Translations under genes and position numbers: made by a program
Shown: positions 56,796 through 64,000 of the stretch, piece by piece
Numbering within the stretch: the first letter of the stretch is position 1
How the letters are laid out: each line of letters opens with the position of its first letter
Notes under the pieces: model-generated
Seen by the model: the letters and a program-made list of their open reading frames with translations, nothing else
Told to the model about the DNA's origin: nothing
Database searches by the model: none
Assembly (NCBI GenBank): GCA_963806035.1
Contig: CAWDWO010000028.1
Location: 1 to 64,000, forward strand
Direction of reading: 5' to 3'
Origin: Candidatus Krumholzibacteriota bacterium
Lineage (GTDB): Bacteria; Krumholzibacteriota; Krumholzibacteriia; JAJRXK01
DNA length: 64,000 nucleotides

Positions 56796-58286
56796 CTACC
56801 CGCGATTCTCCTCTTCCTCACTCACGACCGGCGCGTTGAGGTTGGCTCGATAGCTTTCGTCCAGCAACATTGCCACCAGAGCCGCCCCGCCGTTGCTTTC
56901 CCCTAGCTCCTTCGCCATCGGCACGAAGCGCTGCATGCGTTCCACCTCGAGCTTGCCGTAGCCGCGCAGTCTGGATTCGAGCTGAGCGATGAGGCGCTCG
57001 GAGACGACTTTCTCCAGGTCCTCGTCGCTCGGCGCCGCCTTCTCCTCGAAGTCGATCGAATAGCGGTCCTTGATCTGGCCCACCCGCATCATCTCCATGC
57101 GGTAGGCCAGGGTGATCGCGCGGCCACCCGCCCCGGCCCTTCCCGTCCGCCCCGCCCGGTGTACGTAGACCTCGGGATCTTCGGGCACTTCGTACTGGAA
57201 GACGTGGCTGATCTCCTGGATGTCGATGCCGCGCGCGGCCACGTCGGTGGCCACCAGGAAACGAAGCTCTCCCTTGCGAACGCGGGTGAGCACCTTTTCC
57301 CGGTCCCGTTGGCGCAGTTCGCTACTCAGCGCATCCGCGTTGTATCCGAAGCGCTGGAGAATGAGGGAGACGTAATTCACTTCGGCCTTGGTGTTGCAGA
57401 AAATGATCGCGGTGGTCGGATTCTCCAGCTCGATGAGCTTGACCAGCACCCGGTCCTTCTTCATGTCGGGAACCGAGTACAGCACGTGATCGACTTCGGC
57501 GACGTGAACTCGATCGCGGCTCAGACTCAACATTCCCGGTTGATCCAGGAAGTCCATAGCCAGACGCATGACGTGGTAGGGGAAGGTCGCGGAGAACATG
57601 TAACCATTGCGCGGCTTCTTGCCCAAGAAGCTCCGCACTCTCTTCATGTCCTGATAAAAGCCCATCGAGAGCATGCGATCGGCTTCGTCGAAGACGAGAA
57701 TCTTGACGCGATCCAGCTTGAGGGTGCCGCGCATGAGATGATCGAGGATTCGCCCCGGCGTGCCCACGACGAGATGCGCGCCCTTCTTGAAGGCCTCGAT
57801 CTGCTTGGAGTACCCCACGCCCCCGTAAACCGCGATGGTGCGGGCTCCGGTCGAGGCCAGGATCTCGGCCTGGTCGTAGACCTGCTGTGCGAGCTCACGG
57901 GTCGGAACCAGAATGAGCGCCTGGCACTCGGCGAGCTTGGGATCGATTCGATCGAAGATGGGCAGAAGGAACGCGGCGGTCTTGCCACTGCCCGTCCGTG
58001 ATTGGATCATGAGATCGCGCTTGGCCAGCACGTAGGGAATGGTCTTCTGCTGCACCGGCATGAGCTCGGACCAGCCGGCCCTGGCACAGGCCTCGCGCAT
58101 GCTCTCGGGCAAGTCCTTCAGATGAACCTCGGGAATGGCGTCTTCGGGTTCGACGAGTTCGTCCTTTGGCTCGTCCTGCGAATCAGTCGACTGTTCTTCG
58201 TTTTCGACTTCGGGTGGTAGGTTCGGCGAGGGATGCGACCGCTCACGGCGCACCCGACGACGACGGCGGTTAGGGGGTTGTGTCAC
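56796..58286 (-). CDS. DEAD-box RNA helicase
   Basis: TGSGKT, PTRELA, TPGR, DEAD, SAT, ARGID and HRAGRTGR motifs. Confidence 0.95.
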   Translation of the reverse strand: MTQPPNRRRRRVRRERSHPSPNLPPEVENEEQSTDSQDEPKDELVEPEDAIPEVHLKDLPESMREACARAGWSELMPVQQKTIPYVLAKRDLMIQSRTGSGKTAAFLLPIFDRIDPKLAECQALILVPTRELAQQVYDQAEILASTGARTIAVYGGVGYSKQIEAFKKGAHLVVGTPGRILDHLMRGTLKLDRVKILVFDEADRMLSMGFYQDMKRVRSFLGKKPRNGYMFSATFPYHVMRLAMDFLDQPGMLSLSRDRVHVAEVDHVLYSVPDMKKDRVLVKLIELENPTTAIIFCNTKAEVNYVSLILQRFGYNADALSSELRQRDREKVLTRVRKGELRFLVATDVAARGIDIQEISHVFQYEVPEDPEVYVHRAGRTGRAGAGGRAITLAYRMEMMRVGQIKDRYSIDFEEKAAPSDEDLEKVVSERLIAQLESRLRGYGKLEVERMQRFVPMAKELGESNGGAALVAMLLDESYRANLNAPVVSEEEENRG

Positions 58287-58362
58287 TGTCTCTTACCTCT
58301 ATGCTCGTTTTCCATTCTGTCTGTTTCTCCTGCATGGTAGCAGGAATTGCGCTCGAGCGCTC

Positions 58363-59520
58363 TCAGTACATCTCGTAACAGGCGAGCCGGCCGTCGAGTT
58401 GGCCGTTCTTGAGGGCGCGCTTCCAGTTGGGGCGCAGCCCCACGCTCTTGAGCAAATTCTTCTCGCCCACATAGATCAATGCTCGCGAGCCCTGACAGTT
58501 CCTCTTGAGATAGTCACCGAATTCGCCCAGCAGCTGCTCGGGCTCCTTCTCTCCCTTGAGCCGCCGGCCGTAGGGAGGATTACAGACGAGTATCTGGTTT
58601 TTTCGTTCCTTCAATTCGTGAAAATCTCCCTGCCTGAAGATGATCTTGTCACCCTGAGGAAGCAGACGGCTATTTTCTTTGGCGACTTCGAGATTCTGCG
58701 CGGAGAGATCGTTGCCCAGCAGAAGTCCCCGGGAAAGTTCACGGATGCCCGCTTTTGCCTCCTCTTGTACTCGCTCGAAGAGTTTGGGCTGGTAGTCGGG
58801 AAGATTTTCCAGGCCGAATCGCTCGCGCAGGTAGCCCGCGGGAATGCGGCACACCTTCATGAGGGCCTCGCTGAGCAGGGTCCCCGAGCCGCACATGGGG
58901 TCCAGGAGTGGGCGGTCCCCCTCCCATCCGCTCAGCTCGATGATGGCGGCGGCGAGGGTCTCCATCATCGGCGCCTCGACCGAACGTTTCCGGTATCCCC
59001 TGCGGTGGAGGGATCCGCCCGAGCAATCCACGCTCAGGGTGGCGTGGTTGCGATGCAGATGGAGATGGAGCCAAAGGTCCGGGCTCTTGGGGTCGACCCG
59101 CGGCCGTCGTCCACTTTTGTCGCGCCAGTAATCCACCGCGGCATCCTTCACCACCCGGCTGGCGTACTGACTGTGATTGATGCGGCTCTGACTCAGGTTC
59201 GCGGTGACCGCGAAACTTGCGTCCAAAGGAAGTACTTCTTCCCAGTCCAGCTTTCGCAGCGTCTTGTAAAGGTAGCGCGCACTGTGACAATCGAAGTCGA
59301 TGAGAGGCGCGAGAACTCTCGTGATGAAGCGGGCCCGATAGTTGATTTCGTAGAGGGCTCTCTCGTCCGCGTTGAAGTACGCCCCCCGATACGCGGCCTT
59401 GACGTCTTGCGCTCCAAGCTCCTCCAGCTCCGCCCGCGCCAGATCCTGAAGTCCGTCCGCGAGTTGGGCGAAGAACCTGTGGCTCAACTGATAGGAGAAC
59501 ACGGGGTGCGCGTGATTCAC
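58363..59520 (-). CDS. THUMP-domain RNA methyltransferase (RlmL-like)
   Basis: SLHRRGYR, APMMETLAAA, DPMCGSGT and NPPYG motifs. Confidence 0.9.
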   Translation of the reverse strand: MNHAHPVFSYQLSHRFFAQLADGLQDLARAELEELGAQDVKAAYRGAYFNADERALYEINYRARFITRVLAPLIDFDCHSARYLYKTLRKLDWEEVLPLDASFAVTANLSQSRINHSQYASRVVKDAAVDYWRDKSGRRPRVDPKSPDLWLHLHLHRNHATLSVDCSGGSLHRRGYRKRSVEAPMMETLAAAIIELSGWEGDRPLLDPMCGSGTLLSEALMKVCRIPAGYLRERFGLENLPDYQPKLFERVQEEAKAGIRELSRGLLLGNDLSAQNLEVAKENSRLLPQGDKIIFRQGDFHELKERKNQILVCNPPYGRRLKGEKEPEQLLGEFGDYLKRNCQGSRALIYVGEKNLLKSVGLRPNWKRALKNGQLDGRLACYEMY

Positions 59521-60311
59521 GGAAGTGAGGGCAACATCAATTCCCCGCGAATGGTCTCCACCGCGTGGCCTCCGATGTGCACCCGGTTGCCGTGGATTTC
59601 TCCCACGACCTCACCGCCCCGCTCGGAGAGTTGGCGCGCGGTCAGGTGGTCCTTTCCCAGACGCTTTCCCCAGTAGGGGAGCAGGGTACAGAAGACCGAG
59701 CCGGTCACGGGATCCTCGGGAACTCCGACCTTGGGCGCGAAAAAGCGGCACACGAAATCGACTTCACTTCCGGGAGCGGTGGGACAGACCCCCATGACGT
59801 CCAGTTTCTTCAGCAATTCCATGTCGGGACGGAGGGCGCGCACATCCGCTTCGCTGTCCAGGACAGCGAGCAGATCTCGCGCTTCGCCACACCATTCGGG
59901 CCTCACCCCGAGCGCCTCGACCAGGCGTGGATCAACAGGAACTTCCTTCGGTGGCCGCGCCGGAAAGTCCAGCCAGTGACGACCATCGTGCCGTAGGACG
60001 CGCAGCTCGCCGCTGCGCGGACTCTTGAACACGATCTCTCGTCCCTGGGCTCGTCCGTCCAAGAAGAGCGCGAAGGCGGCCGCGAGCGTGGCGTGTCCGC
60101 ACAGGTCGATCTCCACCGAAGGCGTGAACCACCGCAGGCCCCAGACATCTCCCTGGGGGATGACGAAGGCGGTCTCCGAGAGGTTTTTCTCGCGCGCAAT
60201 GGCCTGCAACACCTCGTCCGGCAACCACTCTTCCAAAATCACGACCGCAGCTGGGTTGCCCGCGAACGACTGGTCCGCGAAAGCGTTGACCTGATGAAAG
60301 GGGAATTTCAT
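59517..60311 (-). CDS. PhzF family isomerase/epimerase
   Basis: FAGNPAAV, NLSETAF, EIDLCGHATLA and EDPVTGS motifs. Confidence 0.92.
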   Translation of the reverse strand: MKFPFHQVNAFADQSFAGNPAAVVILEEWLPDEVLQAIAREKNLSETAFVIPQGDVWGLRWFTPSVEIDLCGHATLAAAFALFLDGRAQGREIVFKSPRSGELRVLRHDGRHWLDFPARPPKEVPVDPRLVEALGVRPEWCGEARDLLAVLDSEADVRALRPDMELLKKLDVMGVCPTAPGSEVDFVCRFFAPKVGVPEDPVTGSVFCTLLPYWGKRLGKDHLTARQLSERGGEVVGEIHGNRVHIGGHAVETIRGELMLPSLP

Positions 60312-60315
60312 GACA

Positions 60316-60552
60316 TCAATCCTGGCGCGCTTCGTCGCCCTGTTCGAAGGAGGCAAGGAGGGTCCGGGCCGCTTCCGCGAACTGTTCGGGAACGATGAGC
60401 CGCAATCCCTCTCCGAGATGCATCTGGGGATACATTCCCCCCACGTCGTCGATGATCAGGCGGCAGGGAATTCCGTTGGCGATCAGAAGACCCTTGGCGA
60501 TTTCAGCCTCGGGCACTTCCGTGTAGCGCGCAACCTCGACATCGGACTTCAT
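60316..60552 (-). CDS. DUF2007-like small putative signal-transducing protein
   Basis: EAEIAKGLLIANGIPC...LRLIVPEQFAEAARTLL; RBS gaggtg. Confidence 0.75.
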   Translation of the reverse strand: MKSDVEVARYTEVPEAEIAKGLLIANGIPCRLIIDDVGGMYPQMHLGEGLRLIVPEQFAEAARTLLASFEQGDEARQD

Positions 60553-60611
60553 GATGACACCTCGAGTTTCCGGAAGAGTCGATCGTGGGCCGTTTTGGGC
60601 CCACGACGTGA

Positions 60612-60839
60612 TCAGTTGATTCTGTCTTGGATCAGGCCGATCACTTCGTCCTTCTCGGGAAACCGTTCGAGTTCATACTTGGAGAAGATCAGCTCGTCGT
60701 CGAGCTTCACGTCGAAAATTCCGTTACGTCCTTCGATCAATTCGGGTTTGATCTTGAATTTCTTCTGGATTCGCTGCGCCAAACTGGCGGCATGGGGTAA
60801 GTAGTTTCACTGCACGCAGTATTGGATGCTGATCTTCAT
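60612..60839 (-). CDS. Rdx-family (SelW/SelT/SelH-like) selenoprotein with CxxU; TGA at 60807-60809 read as selenocysteine
   Basis: MKISIQYCVQU-NYLPHAASLAQRI...LIEGRNGIFDV...LIFSK...RFPE; SECIS-like hairpin after the TGA; RBS gaggt. Confidence 0.88.
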
Positions 60840-61040
60840 ATCGTCAACCTCGCGGAGAAAAGACAAAACCTACTCTCGCACGATACCCCGAGCGCCGTGC
60901 CCTCGCAAGCAGAGCGCGAGAGCACACTGGACGTAGGAGCCGAAAGGGTGGAAATTAGAGAAGGCGCGCTAAACTGCCGAAAGGCCACACGGAGAGGTAT
61001 CAATCCCTCCATCCCCAAGTCGATCGGATTTGTGAGAACC

Positions 61041-61928
61041 ATGCCAGAGCCAGAGCCACTTTCACCCGGCTCGACCCGGACGCAGAGCGAAGACTCCAGC
61101 GGAGGTGCCGCCGCCGGGGCCGCCTGGCGCACGGTCTACCCGGTGGGGCGCGAGTTCCTGCCCAGCTGGAGCGTGGTCGATGGGCGCTACCGCTGCCGTT
61201 TCGCCACGAACTCCGAGGAGCTCGCGCGCGTTCTACGTTTGCGCTACGAGGTGTTCAACCTCGAACTGGGTGAGGGCCTGGACGAGAGCCACGCAACTGG
61301 GCTCGATCGCGATCGCTTCGACGATCACTGTCACCACATGATTGTCGAAGATCTCGACATGGACTCCACCGTCGGGACCTACCGGCTCCAGGTCGCGCAG
61401 ATGGCAAGCGTGGGACACGGATTCTACACCGCGCAGGAGTACGACATGCGCTCGTGGCCGGCGGAGATTCTGGAGCAGGCAGTGGAGACGGGGCGCGCGT
61501 GCATTCACAAGGATCATCGCAAGAGCAAGGTCCTGCAGCTCTTGTGGAAAGGACTGGCCGCCTACGCTCTCCACAACCGCCGGCGCTATTTCTTCGGCTG
61601 CTGTTCCTTGACCAGTCAGGATCCGGCCGAGGGCGCGCGCATGATGGAATACCTGCGGCAGAACGGCCATTTGCACCCCTCGATCCGCACCCAAGCCCAT
61701 CCCGCGTACGCCTGTCACGAGGAGAGCGAATCGATCGAGGGCTGGGAGGAGTCGCGCGTTCCGCCGCTCTTCCGTACCTATCTGAGATACGGGGCTCGCA
61801 TCTGTAGCCAGCCCGCATTGGATCGGCATTTCAAGACGATCGATTTCTTGGCCCTGATCGACCTGACCCAAGTGGATCTGGTGAAGGTCCTGCGACTCAC
61901 AGAGATCGACCTAGACACACGTGTATGA
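61041..61928 (+). CDS. GNAT N-acyltransferase, OlsB-like
   Basis: LRYEVFNLELGEGL, DRDRFDDHCHH, VGTYRL, ETGRACI and PPLFRTYLRYGARIC..PALD..F motifs. Confidence 0.88.
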   Translation: MPEPEPLSPGSTRTQSEDSSGGAAAGAAWRTVYPVGREFLPSWSVVDGRYRCRFATNSEELARVLRLRYEVFNLELGEGLDESHATGLDRDRFDDHCHHMIVEDLDMDSTVGTYRLQVAQMASVGHGFYTAQEYDMRSWPAEILEQAVETGRACIHKDHRKSKVLQLLWKGLAAYALHNRRRYFFGCCSLTSQDPAEGARMMEYLRQNGHLHPSIRTQAHPAYACHEESESIEGWEESRVPPLFRTYLRYGARICSQPALDRHFKTIDFLALIDLTQVDLVKVLRLTEIDLDTRV

Positions 61929-62695
61929 AACACCTGCGTGCGATTTTGCGTCTCCTCGGGCTCGCGACGTGGACTCTGGGCCTCTTGCTCATCTTGTTTC
62001 CCTCACGCTTCATCCTCATGGCGTGGGAAGGGGCCGCCCTCAAGCTGAAAATCCTCAGCTTTCGAGCCTGGGCCCGCGGTACCGCCCTGATCTGCGGCAT
62101 GCGGATCAGCCGGGAGGGCGCCGCTCCCGCAGCCCCCTTCGTGCTGGTGAGCAATCATCTCAGCTACATGGACATCGTGCTCTTGTCCACGCAACTCGAT
62201 GCCCTTTTCGTCTCGAAGGCGGAAGTGGCCCACTGGCCGGTCATCGGCTTTCTTGCCCGCCAGGTGAACACGATCTTCGTGGATCGCACGAACCACAGCG
62301 ACATCCCACAAGTTCTCGAACTCATCGAGGACGCCCTCCATGCGGGCGCGGGGGTGGTGTTCTTTCCCGAAGGAACGAGTAGCGACGGTTCGGACGTCTT
62401 ACAATTCAAGTCCTCGCTCTTCGACGTACCGCTGCGCTTGGGATATCCCGTCCATGCCGCCGCAGTCCGCTACGAAGCGCACGAGGGCTGGCCGCCCGCC
62501 TCGCAGTCCATTTGCTGGTGGGGCGACATGACCTTCGCGGATCATCTCTACCGTCTCTTGCAAATGCCCGGCTTTCACGCGCACGTGGTGTTCGGCGAGG
62601 GAGTGGAGAACCGCGAGAGCCGACGCGAATTCGCCAACGCGCTCCATCTCGCAGTGAAGAAGGGCTTCGCCCCGGCGCAGAGGGTGGGGGGATGA
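61925..62695 (+). CDS. Lysophospholipid O-acyltransferase, OlsA/PlsC-like
   Basis: NHLSYMD, FVSK and FFPEGT motifs. Confidence 0.9.
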   Translation: MKHLRAILRLLGLATWTLGLLLILFPSRFILMAWEGAALKLKILSFRAWARGTALICGMRISREGAAPAAPFVLVSNHLSYMDIVLLSTQLDALFVSKAEVAHWPVIGFLARQVNTIFVDRTNHSDIPQVLELIEDALHAGAGVVFFPEGTSSDGSDVLQFKSSLFDVPLRLGYPVHAAAVRYEAHEGWPPASQSICWWGDMTFADHLYRLLQMPGFHAHVVFGEGVENRESRREFANALHLAVKKGFAPAQRVGG

Positions 62696-64000
62696 CTTCC
62701 CTTCCGCGAGGCCACACGAAGCGCTGGCTTCTGCTGCTCTACCTCGTTCTTCTGCTTGCTTCCCATGGCTACCGGCGTATCCATCACCCGGCGCCCGCGA
62801 TCCCTCCCGATTGCTCGCAGTTCATGGCGAAAGCAGTCCGCGACACGACTCGCGATCCGCGACAGAGAGTTCGCCTGGTCTACAAGGACAGCGGTCCTCT
62901 TGAGGAAGACGGCGACACCATCCCCGTGCTGCTGCTCCACGGTTCGCCGGGAAATCTGCGCGACTTCCGCGAGTTGGAATCGCGCCTGGCGGTGGACCGC
63001 CGCGTGATCGCGCCCAGTCTGCCCGGTTTCGGCCTCTCCCAGCGCGAGGTCCCCGACTATTCCACTCTGGCCCATGCCGATTACTGTCTGCAACTTCTCG
63101 ACGCCTTGGGAATCGAGCGCGTCCACCTGGTCGCGTTTTCCATGGGAGGAGGAGTCGCGCTGGATTTCTACGAGCGCGCACCGGCTCGCGTAGCTTCGCT
63201 TGCCATGGTGAGTTCCATCGGCGCTCAGGAACTCGAGCTCTTGGGAAATTACGAACTCAACCACATCATCCACGGAATTCAACTCGCGTTTCTCTGGGTA
63301 CTGGAGGAACTGACCCCGCACTTCGGCCTGTTCGATCACGATGTCTTGAGCGTGGCATATGCGAGAAACTTCTTCGATACCGACCAGCGCCCCTTCCGCA
63401 AGATTCTGAAGAGCTTCCAACCGCCGATGCTCATTCTGCATGCTCGTAACGACTCCCTGGTGCCCTTCGCCGCCGCCCGTGAGCACCACCGGCTGGTTCC
63501 CCAGAGCGAGTTGCGGGCCTTCGACTCGGGGAACCATTTCATTCTCTGGACCAAGGACGAGCAAGTCGCGGCCGACCTGAAGGACTTCTTCGCCAAAGTC
63601 GAAAACGGCACGGCGCCCACCCGCAATGAGGCCTCACCAGCGAAAATCGCAGCCGCAAACGAGTCCTTCTCCACGATCAAGGTGCAAGCGGCCGAGGGAC
63701 TGTCGCTCTTCATCCTCCTCTTGCTCATCGTCATCGGGACCTTCATCACCGAGGACATTACTTGCATCACTACCGGGCTGTTGATCGCGCACGGACGCTT
63801 GCCCCTGTTGGCGGGTTTCTCTGCCTGCTTTCTGGGAATTTATCTGGGAGATCAACTGCTCTATCTCGCCGGCAGAGCTATGGGGCGCTCCGCGGTGCAT
63901 CGCGCTCCTTGGAAGTGGATCGTCAGCGAGGAGGACTTGCGCCTGGCCGCGAGCTGGTTCGAGCGCCGGGGCATGATGGTGATCCTGCTCAGCCGCTTCA
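62692..64000 (+). CDS. Alpha/beta hydrolase fused to a DedA/VTT membrane domain; continues beyond the window edge
   Basis: Hand translation: LLLHGSPG, PSLPGFG, AFSMGG, NDSLVP, GNH, then GTFITEDITCITTG...GDQLLYLAGR...ILLSRF (DedA-like). Confidence 0.85.
   Translation, partial: MTSLPRGHTKRWLLLLYLVLLLASHGYRRIHHPAPAIPPDCSQFMAKAVRDTTRDPRQRVRLVYKDSGPLEEDGDTIPVLLLHGSPGNLRDFRELESRLAVDRRVIAPSLPGFGLSQREVPDYSTLAHADYCLQLLDALGIERVHLVAFSMGGGVALDFYERAPARVASLAMVSSIGAQELELLGNYELNHIIHGIQLAFLWVLEELTPHFGLFDHDVLSVAYARNFFDTDQRPFRKILKSFQPPMLILHARNDSLVPFAAAREHHRLVPQSELRAFDSGNHFILWTKDEQVAADLKDFFAKVENGTAPTRNEASPAKIAAANESFSTIKVQAAEGLSLFILLLLIVIGTFITEDITCITTGLLIAHGRLPLLAGFSACFLGIYLGDQLLYLAGRAMGRSAVHRAPWKWIVSEEDLRLAASWFERRGMMVILLSRF

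Noticed and set aside
60940..61010. Repeated gccgaaagg hairpins as a c-di-GMP-I riboswitch
   Set aside because: The remaining consensus (GGCAAAC and GACGCAAAGC elements) is absent
1..64000. CRISPR arrays, IS elements, integrases, prophage genes, rRNA or tRNA
   Set aside because: No regularly spaced repeats, transposase or integrase motifs, or cloverleaf structures seen on manual reading

Overview
GC-rich bacterial chromosome segment, densely coding. I found no CRISPR array, prophage, transposase, tRNA or rRNA. From left to right it holds: an RND efflux pump (partial) with two tandem secreted beta-propeller paralogs; an MFS transporter; hflX split by a 1-bp frameshift; a glycogen operon built on three GH57 enzymes (glgC, GH57 4-alpha-glucanotransferase, DUF3536-type GH57, GlgA fused to a DUF4912-like domain, GH57 branching enzyme, glgP); ABC-F and AAA ATPases; a candidate ~200-280 nt structured RNA with its own terminator; glpQ/glpD; a PAS hybrid kinase; FTCD; a complete class I benzoyl-CoA reductase upper-pathway operon (had-oah-dch-bcrCBAD) with a clear sigma70 promoter and a palindromic operator; a TPR protein and a LeuA-like enzyme; arsC and a TrmB regulator preceded by a second candidate structured RNA; proline dehydrogenase; a secreted protein with a C-terminal 'SSWGTLKAQWR' tail; pepF-yitJ-radical SAM; oxyR/dps; a DEAD helicase; a THUMP methyltransferase; PhzF; a CxxU selenoprotein missed by the ORF track; and an OlsB/OlsA-like aminolipid operon with a hydrolase-DedA fusion (partial). 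The beta-propeller paralogs and the WGxxK tail suggest, by inference only, a Krumholzibacteria/Latescibacteria/Eisenbacteria-like organism. All calls come from motif recognition and hand folding; no searches were run.
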